From a bacterium (GTDB taxonomy: Bacteria; DUMJ01), in NCBI GenBank assembly GCA_049970495.1, contig JBMFMV010000042.1, positions 1-16,910 of the forward strand: a stretch of 16,910 nucleotides of DNA, written 5' to 3'. A model generated the notes under the pieces. The model ran no database searches and was not told the origin of the DNA. It saw nothing but the letters and a program-made list of their open reading frames with translations. The position numbers were made by a program, and so were the translations under genes. Every line of letters starts with the position of its first letter. Position 1 is the first letter of the stretch. Positions 1-7,330 of the stretch are shown piece by piece.

Positions 1-81
1 CAGATTAGAGAAGAACTGGCTTCATTAAACTTAGATGGAGTGTTTATAGAAACACTTAAGGAATTATTAGAGAATTTTTGA
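1..81 (+). CDS. 3' end of an upstream CDS of unknown function (partial)
   Basis: Frame 1 is open from the window edge (QIREELASLNLDGVFIETLKELLENF) to TGA at 79-81, which abuts the AGGAGGTG RBS of hsp20. Confidence 0.65.
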   Translation, partial: QIREELASLNLDGVFIETLKELLENF

Positions 82-96
82 AAGGAGGTGTAGGGT

Positions 97-564
97 ATGG
101 CTTTGAGAAGATGGGATCCTTTTAGAGAGATTGAATCTTTAAGGAGGGAGATGGAGAGACTTTTTGATGAGGTTTTTGAGAGGACTCCTTTCTTTAGGAG
201 GGAACCTCTCTTAGAGACTACAGAAGAGTTTAGAAGGGTATGGACTCCTGCTTGCGATGTCTATGAGACGGACAAGGAGATTGTAGTAAAGGCCAATCTG
301 CCTGGGGTAAGCAAGGATAACGTAGAAGTTATTGTCACAGAAGACTCTATAACAATTAAAGGACAGTCTAAAGAGGAAACTGAAGTAAAGGACAAGAACT
401 ACTATAGGAAAGAACTAAGCTATGGTGCATTTGAAAGGGTAATACCTCTACCTGTAGCTGTAAAGTCTGAAGAAGCTAAGGCTACATTTAAGGATGGAAT
501 ACTTGAGATAAGGGCTCCCAAGCAAGAAGTATCTCCTAAGGGTAGAAAGATAAACATTGAGTAG
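97..564 (+). CDS. Hsp20/alpha-crystallin family small heat shock protein
   Basis: WDPFRE N-terminal motif; alpha-crystallin domain (PACDVYET, ANLPGV, YGAFERVIPLP, ATFKDGILEIRAPK); C-terminal IxI (KINIE); RBS AGGAGGTG at 83-90. Confidence 0.97.
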   Translation: MALRRWDPFREIESLRREMERLFDEVFERTPFFRREPLLETTEEFRRVWTPACDVYETDKEIVVKANLPGVSKDNVEVIVTEDSITIKGQSKEETEVKDKNYYRKELSYGAFERVIPLPVAVKSEEAKATFKDGILEIRAPKQEVSPKGRKINIE

Positions 565-569
565 AAAGT

Positions 570-598
570 TTGGGGGCACTTAGGTGCCCCCAATTTTT
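570..598 (+). terminator. Intrinsic terminator-like hairpin between hsp20 and the first clp gene
   Basis: TTGGGGGCAC-ttag-GTGCCCCCAA perfect 10-bp stem followed by TTTTT. Confidence 0.75.
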
Positions 599-622
599 GT
601 AAAGAAAGGAGGAGAATAAAGG

Positions 623-3247
623 ATGCTTTGCGATATATGCCATCAAAGAGAGGCTACTGTCCAATATACCCGTATAGTAAACGGAAGAAAGACAGTTAGT
701 CATCTTTGTAATGAGTGCGCTAGAGAACAGGGATTACTAAGTGGAAGAAGGTCATTATTTGACTTTGACTTTGGAGGATTCCCAGAGATACTTACAAGGT
801 TTTTCTATCAGCCAGAATTTGAGCCAGTCTCAGAGACTGTCTCTGAAAGTGCAGAGAAAGTCTTAGTAAGCGCAGAAGAAGAGGCTAGAAGATTAGGTAG
901 CGGAGCAATAAATCCGGAGCATATACTCCTTGGGATAATACAAGAGGGTAATATTGGGACAAAAATCCTCTCTAACCTTGGAGTAAATATAGAAGAGTTG
1001 AAAAGGGAGATAGAAGAAAATTCTGTTCCTTCCCCTTTAGAGGGAGAAAGAATAGTTTCTCCTGAGGTTAAGCAGATTATAGAGAGGGCTAGTGATGAAG
1101 CCAGCTCTCTAGGGGATAACTATGTAGGAGCAGAACATATTTTACTTGCTCTATTAAGGGGGAAGAATTTACCCTCCCAAATACTTAATAAGAAAGGAGT
1201 AACTTACGAAAGAGTGAGGGAAGAATTAACAAAATCTAGGAAAAAATCTCCTAGAAGTTACAGAGGAAAGAGTAATACACCTACTCTAGATCAGTTTAGT
1301 AGAGACTTAACTCAAATGGCAAGAGAAGGTAAACTTGACCCTGTAATTGGTAGAGAAGAGGAGATAGAAAGGGTTATAAGGATACTTTCTAGGAGGACAA
1401 AGAATAATCCTGTGCTTATAGGTGAGCCAGGGGTCGGTAAGACTGCTATTGTTGAGGGTTTAGCTCAGAGAATTGTAAAGGGTGAAGTACCTGAATCTCT
1501 AGCAAACAAGAGGATAATGGCTTTAGATATGGCTGCTATAGTGGCAGGTACAAAGTATAGAGGAGAGTTTGAGGAAAGACTTAAGAGAGTGGTTGATGAG
1601 GTTATAAATAGTAACGGTGAAGTTATACTCTTCTTAGATGAGTTACATACTATTGTAGGAGCAGGAGCTGCAGAAGGGGCTATTGATGCATCTAATATCT
1701 TAAAACCTGCCCTTGCTAGAGGAGAATTACAATGTATTGGAGCTACTACACTAGACGAGTATAGAAAGCACATAGAAAAAGATGCAGCATTAGAACGTAG
1801 ATTCCAGCCCGTTCTAGTTAGAGAAGCTACTGTTGAGGAAACTATAGAGATACTAAAAGGTCTAAGAGATAGATATGAGGCTTATCATAGAGTTAAGATT
1901 ACCGATGAAGCTATATACAATGCAGCTGTCCTTTCCGACAGGTACATTACAGATAGATATCTGCCAGATAAGGCTATAGACCTTATAGATGAGGCGTGTG
2001 CAGATGTAAGACTTAGAAGTGTATCTCCTCCTCCTGAGATAAAGAACCTAGAAAGAGAGATAGAGAGGATAGCCAAAGAGAGAGAGGCTGCAGTAAATGC
2101 CCAAGAGTATGAAAGGGCAGCTACACTAAGAGATCGAGAGAAAGAGCTGCAAAGAGAACTTGAAGAGCTTAAGAAAAGGTGGGAGAAAGATAAGTTTAAG
2201 GAAAAGGCTGAGGTTACTGCAGATGATGTAGCTAGGATAGTTTCCAATTGGACTGGAATTCCAGTAACTAAAATATCTATGGAGGAGAGCAAGAAGCTAT
2301 TAGATATGGAAGATATCCTACATCAGAGGATAGTTGGACAGGATGAAGCAGTTAAGGCTATATCTCAAGCGATAAGAAGAGCTAGGGCTGGATTAAAAGA
2401 TCCAAACAAGCCGATTGGTTCCTTCTTATTCCTTGGACCTACAGGGGTAGGTAAGACAGAACTGGCTAGGGCTTTGGCTGAATACCTATTTAACGATGAA
2501 GAAGCTCTTATTAGATTAGATATGTCTGAGTATATGGAAAAACATACAGTTTCTCGATTGATTGGTGCACCTCCTGGTTACGTAGGATACGAAGAGGGTG
2601 GTCAGTTAACAGAAGCTGTTAGAAGAAGACCATACTCTGTGATACTCCTAGATGAGATTGAGAAGGCTCATCCTGATGTATTTAATGTTCTCCTACAGAT
2701 ACTAGATGATGGTAGACTTACCGATGGACAAGGTAGGACTGTAGACTTCAAGAATACAGTTATAATTATGACCTCTAATATAGGTGCACCACTTATAATG
2801 GAGAAGCTTAAAGGTGGAGAAGATCCAAAAGTATACAATGAGATAAAATCAGAACTAATGAAACAGTTAAACTATTACTTCAAACCAGAATTTTTAAACA
2901 GAATAGATGAGATTATAATCTTCCATTCATTGACACAAGAACAGATAAAGCAGATTGTAGACCTTATGCTGAATAAAGTCTACCGTCAGATTAGAGCTCA
3001 GGGGATGAATATGGAAGTTACAGAAGAGGTAAAGGATATCCTAGCTAAAGAAGGGTATGATCCGGCTCTTGGAGCTAGACCTTTAAGGAGAACTATACAA
3101 CGTCTTATAGAGAATCCTCTTTCTGAGCTCTTGTTAAGAGGAGACTTTAAAGAAGGAGATACAATAATTGTAACTGTAGAAAATGGGCAGATAACTTTTA
3201 AGAAGAAAACAGGAGAGCCAACAGCATCTGTAGAGTCAAGAGAATAA
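623..3247 (+). CDS. Hsp100/Clp AAA+ ATPase with N-terminal CX2CX22CX2C zinc finger, Clp-N repeat domain and UVR-type M domain; lacks IGF loop
   Basis: Walker A GEPGVGKT and GPTGVGKT; Walker B LFLDE and ILLDE; pore loops KYRG and [20 protein letters not shown] domain; RBS AAGGAGGA. Confidence 0.95.
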   Translation: MLCDICHQREATVQYTRIVNGRKTVSHLCNECAREQGLLSGRRSLFDFDFGGFPEILTRFFYQPEFEPVSETVSESAEKVLVSAEEEARRLGSGAINPEHILLGIIQEGNIGTKILSNLGVNIEELKREIEENSVPSPLEGERIVSPEVKQIIERASDEASSLGDNYVGAEHILLALLRGKNLPSQILNKKGVTYERVREELTKSRKKSPRSYRGKSNTPTLDQFSRDLTQMAREGKLDPVIGREEEIERVIRILSRRTKNNPVLIGEPGVGKTAIVEGLAQRIVKGEVPESLANKRIMALDMAAIVAGTKYRGEFEERLKRVVDEVINSNGEVILFLDELHTIVGAGAAEGAIDASNILKPALARGELQCIGATTLDEYRKHIEKDAALERRFQPVLVREATVEETIEILKGLRDRYEAYHRVKITDEAIYNAAVLSDRYITDRYLPDKAIDLIDEACADVRLRSVSPPPEIKNLEREIERIAKEREAAVNAQEYERAATLRDREKELQRELEELKKRWEKDKFKEKAEVTADDVARIVSNWTGIPVTKISMEESKKLLDMEDILHQRIVGQDEAVKAISQAIRRARAGLKDPNKPIGSFLFLGPTGVGKTELARALAEYLFNDEEALIRLDMSEYMEKHTVSRLIGAPPGYVGYEEGGQLTEAVRRRPYSVILLDEIEKAHPDVFNVLLQILDDGRLTDGQGRTVDFKNTVIIMTSNIGAPLIMEKLKGGEDPKVYNEIKSELMKQLNYYFKPEFLNRIDEIIIFHSLTQEQIKQIVDLMLNKVYRQIRAQGMNMEVTEEVKDILAKEGYDPALGARPLRRTIQRLIENPLSELLLRGDFKEGDTIIVTVENGQITFKKKTGEPTASVESRE

Positions 3248-3248
3248 G

Positions 3249-3279
3249 ATCAAGCCCCTAGACTTTCTAGGGGCTTGAT
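3249..3279 (+). terminator. Strong hairpin after the first clp gene (terminator or mRNA stabiliser)
   Basis: ATCAAGCCCCTAGA-ctt-TCTAGGGGCTTGAT perfect 14-bp stem directly after the stop codon; weak U tract (AGTTT). Confidence 0.65.
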
Positions 3280-3293
3280 AGTTTACATAATAC

Positions 3294-3322
3294 TTGATAA
3301 TGGTATATAAACATAGTAAAAT
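3294..3322 (+). promoter_or_regulatory. Putative sigma70/sigmaA promoter for the membrane protein-clpC unit
   Basis: TTGATA (3294-3299), 17-nt spacer, TAAAAT (3317-3322), upstream of the AGGAGG RBS of the 3347 ORF. Confidence 0.55.
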
Positions 3323-3346
3323 GTAGTTGTAACTAGGAGGGAATAG

Positions 3347-3583
3347 ATGAGATATTTAATCTATCTTTTAATAGCAATAATAATAGGGGGAGTAGCTAAA
3401 ATCTTTCTGAAAGATAAACTTATTGGGGGAATACTAGGACTTATCATCTCTGCCTTTATAGGAGGTTGGCTGGTAGATATTTTTCTCTCTTCAATCCGAA
3501 TATATAATGTGAATATTCTTTCAGCTATACTAGGGGCAGTTGTTTTTATATATCTCTATAGTATAATTTTTATAAAGAAGTAA
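3347..3583 (+). CDS. GlsB/YeaQ/YmgE family (transglycosylase-associated) small stress membrane protein
   Basis: 78 aa with three hydrophobic helices; patterns [23 protein letters not shown] and [18 protein letters not shown]. Confidence 0.8.
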   Translation: MRYLIYLLIAIIIGGVAKIFLKDKLIGGILGLIISAFIGGWLVDIFLSSIRIYNVNILSAILGAVVFIYLYSIIFIKK

Positions 3584-3602
3584 TCTTAAGGAGAGTCTGA
3601 TT

Positions 3603-6059
3603 ATGTGGGATAAGTTTACTGATCAAGCAAGACGAGTGTTAACATTAGGGAGAGAAGAAGCTAGAAGACTTAATCATAATTATCTTGGAACAGAACACCT
3701 CCTTTTGGGTCTTTTAGCAGAAGGAGAGGGTATAGCAGCTAAAGTCTTAAGTAGTTGGGGTATAGACTTAGGTTATGTAAGGGCTAAAGTGGAAGAACTC
3801 ATTGGAAGAGGTGGTGGTATCTATCTTCCTGAGATGACACTTACTCCAAGGGCTAAAAGAGCTTTAGAGTTGGCATATGAAGAGTCCAAATTGATGGGTC
3901 AGAATTACATTGGAACAGAACATATACTCCTTGGACTTATAAGGGAAGGCGAAGGAGTTGCCGCCAAAATCTTAGAAAGTTTAGGAGTCACCTTGGATAA
4001 GGCTAGAAGTGAAGTTTTATACTTCCTAGGAGAAGGTAAGACGATGGTAGCAGAAAGTGCTAGTAGATCTAGGGCAAAGACTCCTCTCCTTAATCAGTTT
4101 GGTAGAGATCTTACTCAGTTAGCTAGAGAAGGAAAACTTGATCCTGTTATAGGTAGAAATAAAGAGATAAGAAGATTAATGCAGATACTGTGTAGGAGAA
4201 CAAAGAATAATCCAGTTCTCATAGGTGAGGCTGGAGTAGGAAAGACAGCTATAGTAGAGGGACTTGCTCAGAAGATAGTTAAAAGGGAAGGTCCCCCTAT
4301 CTTACATAATAAGAGGATTATAGCACTAGATTTGGCTGCTATAGTAGCAGGAACAAAGTATAGGGGAGAATTTGAAGAAAGAATGAAACGTATTCTCGAC
4401 GAGATACGTAGAGCTAATGGAGAGGTTATTCTGTTTGTTGATGAGCTTCATACTATGGTAGGTGCTGGCGCAGCTGAAGGGGCTATGGATGCTTCTAATA
4501 TCCTAAAACCTGCCCTTGCCAGGGGAGAATTGCAGTGCATTGGAGCTACTACTCTCGATGAATACCGAGAATATATAGAAAAAGACTCGGCTTTAGAGAG
4601 AAGATTCCAGCCTATAATAGTTGAAGAACCATCTGTTGAAGACACTATAATGATCCTTAAAGGGATAAAAGAGAGATACGAAGCTCATCATCAAGTAAAG
4701 ATAACGGACAAAGCTATAGAGGCAGCTGCTATTCTCTCAGACAGATATATAAGTGAAAGACATTTGCCAGATAAAGCTATAGACCTTATAGATGAGGCCT
4801 CTGCTAAGGTGAGATTGGAACTCTCAGAGACTCCTAGCTCTAAGAAGGAATTAGAACTGGAATTAGAAAGTGTAAGAAGGGAAAAGGAATTGGCAGTAAG
4901 GTCTCAAGATTATGAAAGAGCAGCTCAACTCAGAGATAGAGAAAGGTTTATTATGGAACAACTACAGGCAGTCTCTATAGAAGGATTCGAGGTAAAACGT
5001 AGGGAACCAATAGTAACAGAAGAAGATGTAGGAGAAGTCTTGTCATTATGGACTGGTATCCCAGTTACTAAGCTCTTAGAAAAAGAGGTAGAAAAGTTAC
5101 TCCATATGGAAGAAGAGTTACATAAGAGAATAGTTGGACAGGAAGAGGCGGTAAGGGTTGTGTCAGAAGCTATTCGCAGGGCTAGAGCAGGGATAAAGGA
5201 CCCTAAGAGACCAATCGGTTCCTTTATATTCCTTGGTCCTACAGGTGTAGGAAAGACAGAGTTGGCTAGAGCTTTAGCTGAGTACTTGTTCAACGATGAA
5301 GATGCCTTAATTAAGATTGATATGTCTGAATATATGGAAAAATTTGCCGTCTCTAGACTTGTAGGGGCACCTCCTGGGTATGTAGGATACGAAGAAGGTG
5401 GTCAGCTTACCGAGGCAGTAAGAAGGAAGCCGTTCTCTGTTGTGCTCTTTGATGAGATTGAAAAGGCTCATCCAGATGTATTTAATATTCTTCTGCAGAT
5501 ACTAGATGAAGGAAGGCTTACTGACGCTCAAGGTAGAACTGTAGATTTTAAGAATACGGTTATAATTATGACTTCTAATATAGGTAGTCAGTGGATCTCT
5601 TCAACAAGTAAGATTGGATTTAAACAAGAATCTAGCGAAAAGGAAGAGTATCAGATAATGAAGGAGAGAGTACTTGAAGAAGTAAAACATACCTTTAGAC
5701 CAGAATTTTTAAATAGAGTAGATGAGATCATAATATTCCATCAACTTACAAAGGAGCAGATGAAACAGATTGTGGATCTACTTCTAAATGACCTTAGAAG
5801 GCAACTTCTTAGTCTCGGTATTACTCTTGAGTTTACTGAAAACGCTAAAGAGCAACTCATCAAAGAAGGATTTGACCCTCACTATGGAGCTAGACCTCTA
5901 AAGAGAGTTATTCAAAAGAGGATAGGGAGTCCACTATCTGGTTTTGTGATAGATGGCACATTCAAAGAAGGGGACGTCGTTATTGTAGATTATAAAGATG
6001 ATTCCTTCGTATTCGAAAAACGTATTCCGGTGGAAGCTGCACAAGAAGGGGCAAATTAG
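3603..6059 (+). CDS. clpC: ATP-dependent Clp protease ATP-binding subunit ClpC
   Basis: Canonical double Clp-N repeat ([35 protein letters not shown]), two AAA+ modules, UVR M domain, IGF ClpP-docking loop (KIGF; IGF at 5613-5621). Confidence 0.96.
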   Translation: MWDKFTDQARRVLTLGREEARRLNHNYLGTEHLLLGLLAEGEGIAAKVLSSWGIDLGYVRAKVEELIGRGGGIYLPEMTLTPRAKRALELAYEESKLMGQNYIGTEHILLGLIREGEGVAAKILESLGVTLDKARSEVLYFLGEGKTMVAESASRSRAKTPLLNQFGRDLTQLAREGKLDPVIGRNKEIRRLMQILCRRTKNNPVLIGEAGVGKTAIVEGLAQKIVKREGPPILHNKRIIALDLAAIVAGTKYRGEFEERMKRILDEIRRANGEVILFVDELHTMVGAGAAEGAMDASNILKPALARGELQCIGATTLDEYREYIEKDSALERRFQPIIVEEPSVEDTIMILKGIKERYEAHHQVKITDKAIEAAAILSDRYISERHLPDKAIDLIDEASAKVRLELSETPSSKKELELELESVRREKELAVRSQDYERAAQLRDRERFIMEQLQAVSIEGFEVKRREPIVTEEDVGEVLSLWTGIPVTKLLEKEVEKLLHMEEELHKRIVGQEEAVRVVSEAIRRARAGIKDPKRPIGSFIFLGPTGVGKTELARALAEYLFNDEDALIKIDMSEYMEKFAVSRLVGAPPGYVGYEEGGQLTEAVRRKPFSVVLFDEIEKAHPDVFNILLQILDEGRLTDAQGRTVDFKNTVIIMTSNIGSQWISSTSKIGFKQESSEKEEYQIMKERVLEEVKHTFRPEFLNRVDEIIIFHQLTKEQMKQIVDLLLNDLRRQLLSLGITLEFTENAKEQLIKEGFDPHYGARPLKRVIQKRIGSPLSGFVIDGTFKEGDVVIVDYKDDSFVFEKRIPVEAAQEGAN

Positions 6060-6087
6060 TATTATAGATTGTTGAATATTACTAAGT

Positions 6088-6123
6088 GCGCATCTATCTA
6101 AATAGATGTGCTTTTATTATTTT
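6088..6123 (+). terminator. Probable intrinsic terminator after clpC
   Basis: GCGCATCTAT-ctaa-ATAGATGTGC 10-bp stem (one G-U pair) followed by TTTTATTATTTT. Confidence 0.6.
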
Positions 6124-6136
6124 AGGAGGGTTAATT

Positions 6137-7105
6137 ATGGGAGAAATTACCGTGACACCAAGGGAAAGATTCATTATGGCATTAGAGCGGAAACCTTTGA
6201 AGGGTAGAGTCCCTCATTTTGAACTTGTTTTCTATCTTACAATGGAGGCATTTGGCAAAGTCCATCCAAGTCATAGAAATTATTCTCAGTGGTTCCAAAT
6301 GACAGAGAAAGAAAGACAATTACATAGAGAAGATATAGCTAGTATCTTTATAGCTACAGCAGAAAAATATGAACATAGCGCCATATTTTTACATCCAAAC
6401 CCTAGTTCATTAGAAGAGACTCTTAGACTTATAGATATAGTGAGAGAAAAAATTGGAAATAAATATTTTTTAATGATCCATGGAGATGCTACATTTAGTA
6501 TTCCTTCAGGTTCAGAGATGGTAAACTTTGTCTACAGGTTAAAAGACGAACCAGACAAAGTAAAGCAAGAGGCAGAGTTTATGGTCAACAAGGCATTAGA
6601 AAGGGCAGAGATTATAGCGAAACATGGAGGGTTGGATGGTTTTGCCCTATGTTCTGATTATTGTTTTAATACAGGACCCTTCTTGAGCCCATCTCTCTTC
6701 TCTGAATTTATAACTCCATATCTATACAAGTTAATAAAAGGTTATAGAGAAATGGGCTTTTACGTAATTAAGCATACAGATGGAAATATAATGCCTATAT
6801 TAGATCAGCTTGTACAAACGAATCCTCATGCTCTTCATTCTTTAGACCCCCAAGGCGGAGTAGATATAGCAGAGGTCAAGAGGTTAGTAGGTGATAAGGT
6901 CTGTCTTATAGGTAATGTTAACTGTGGACTTTTGCAGACAGGAACAGACGAGGAAGTGATAGAGTCTGTAAGATACGCCTTAAAGAATGGTATGCCCGGA
7001 GGGGGTTATATCTTTTCTACTTCTAACTGTATATACACTGGGATGAGATTGGAACGTTATGAGCTTATGCTTGATATATGGAGAAGAGAAGGGAATTATG
7101 AATAA
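6137..7105 (+). CDS. Uroporphyrinogen decarboxylase (URO-D)/MtaA-CmuA-like family protein
   Basis: TPRERF start, SDY...PFLSPSLFSEFITPY, KHTDGNIMPILD, LIGNVN, GGGYIFSTSNCI. Start moved from GTG 6086 to ATG 6137, which follows the AGGAGG RBS. Confidence 0.85.
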   Translation: MGEITVTPRERFIMALERKPLKGRVPHFELVFYLTMEAFGKVHPSHRNYSQWFQMTEKERQLHREDIASIFIATAEKYEHSAIFLHPNPSSLEETLRLIDIVREKIGNKYFLMIHGDATFSIPSGSEMVNFVYRLKDEPDKVKQEAEFMVNKALERAEIIAKHGGLDGFALCSDYCFNTGPFLSPSLFSEFITPYLYKLIKGYREMGFYVIKHTDGNIMPILDQLVQTNPHALHSLDPQGGVDIAEVKRLVGDKVCLIGNVNCGLLQTGTDEEVIESVRYALKNGMPGGGYIFSTSNCIYTGMRLERYELMLDIWRREGNYE

Positions 7106-7127
7106 TTAAATTAACGGAGGCAATATT

Positions 7128-7315
7128 ATGTATGTGGTGATTATTTTGATATCCCAGAATATATAGTCTCCCACTTAAAGATAGCTAGAGAAAATATGAC
7201 GAGAGCTCTAGTTAGGCTTATAAGAATGGGCTGGATAAATGAGAATTCAGCAATTGAGATAGCAAGAAGTTGGCTTTATGAAAATCCAAAGAGGCTATTT
7301 AACCTTGATATATAG
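7128..7315 (+). pseudogene. Remnant of an amidohydrolase-superfamily (uronate isomerase-like) gene: RBS and ATG joined out of frame to the last ~60 codons
   Basis: GGAGG (7116-7120) and ATG 7128 give only 12 codons. A different frame, 7133-7315, reads CGDYFDIPEYIVSHLKIARENMTRALVRLIRMGWINENSAIEIARSWLYENPKRLFNLDI*, resembling amidohydrolase C-termini (GD motif ... ENPxRLF). Confidence 0.7.
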
Positions 7316-7330
7316 GAGGTTTGATAGGAT

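Noticed and set aside
1..81. Upstream partial ORF as an HspR/MerR-type heat-shock regulator
   Set aside because: Only 26 residues are visible, and the resemblance (LNLDGV) is too weak to support a call.
623..3247. Naming the first Clp clpB, clpE or clpG
   Set aside because: The M domain is too short for ClpB. The Clp-N domain and missing IGF loop do not fit ClpE. ClpG orthology cannot be established without a phylogeny.
1465..5293. Minus-strand ORFs inside the clp genes (1465-1773, 1885-2292, 4448-4645, 4925-5293), two of which resemble each other
   Set aside because: Antisense shadows of conserved coding frames. Their mutual similarity just mirrors the clp paralogy, and they are Ser/Leu-rich with no recognisable family.
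6086..6136. GTG start and 17-aa N-terminal extension of the URO-D-like ORF
   Set aside because: It overlaps the clpC terminator hairpin, and the strong RBS points to ATG 6137.
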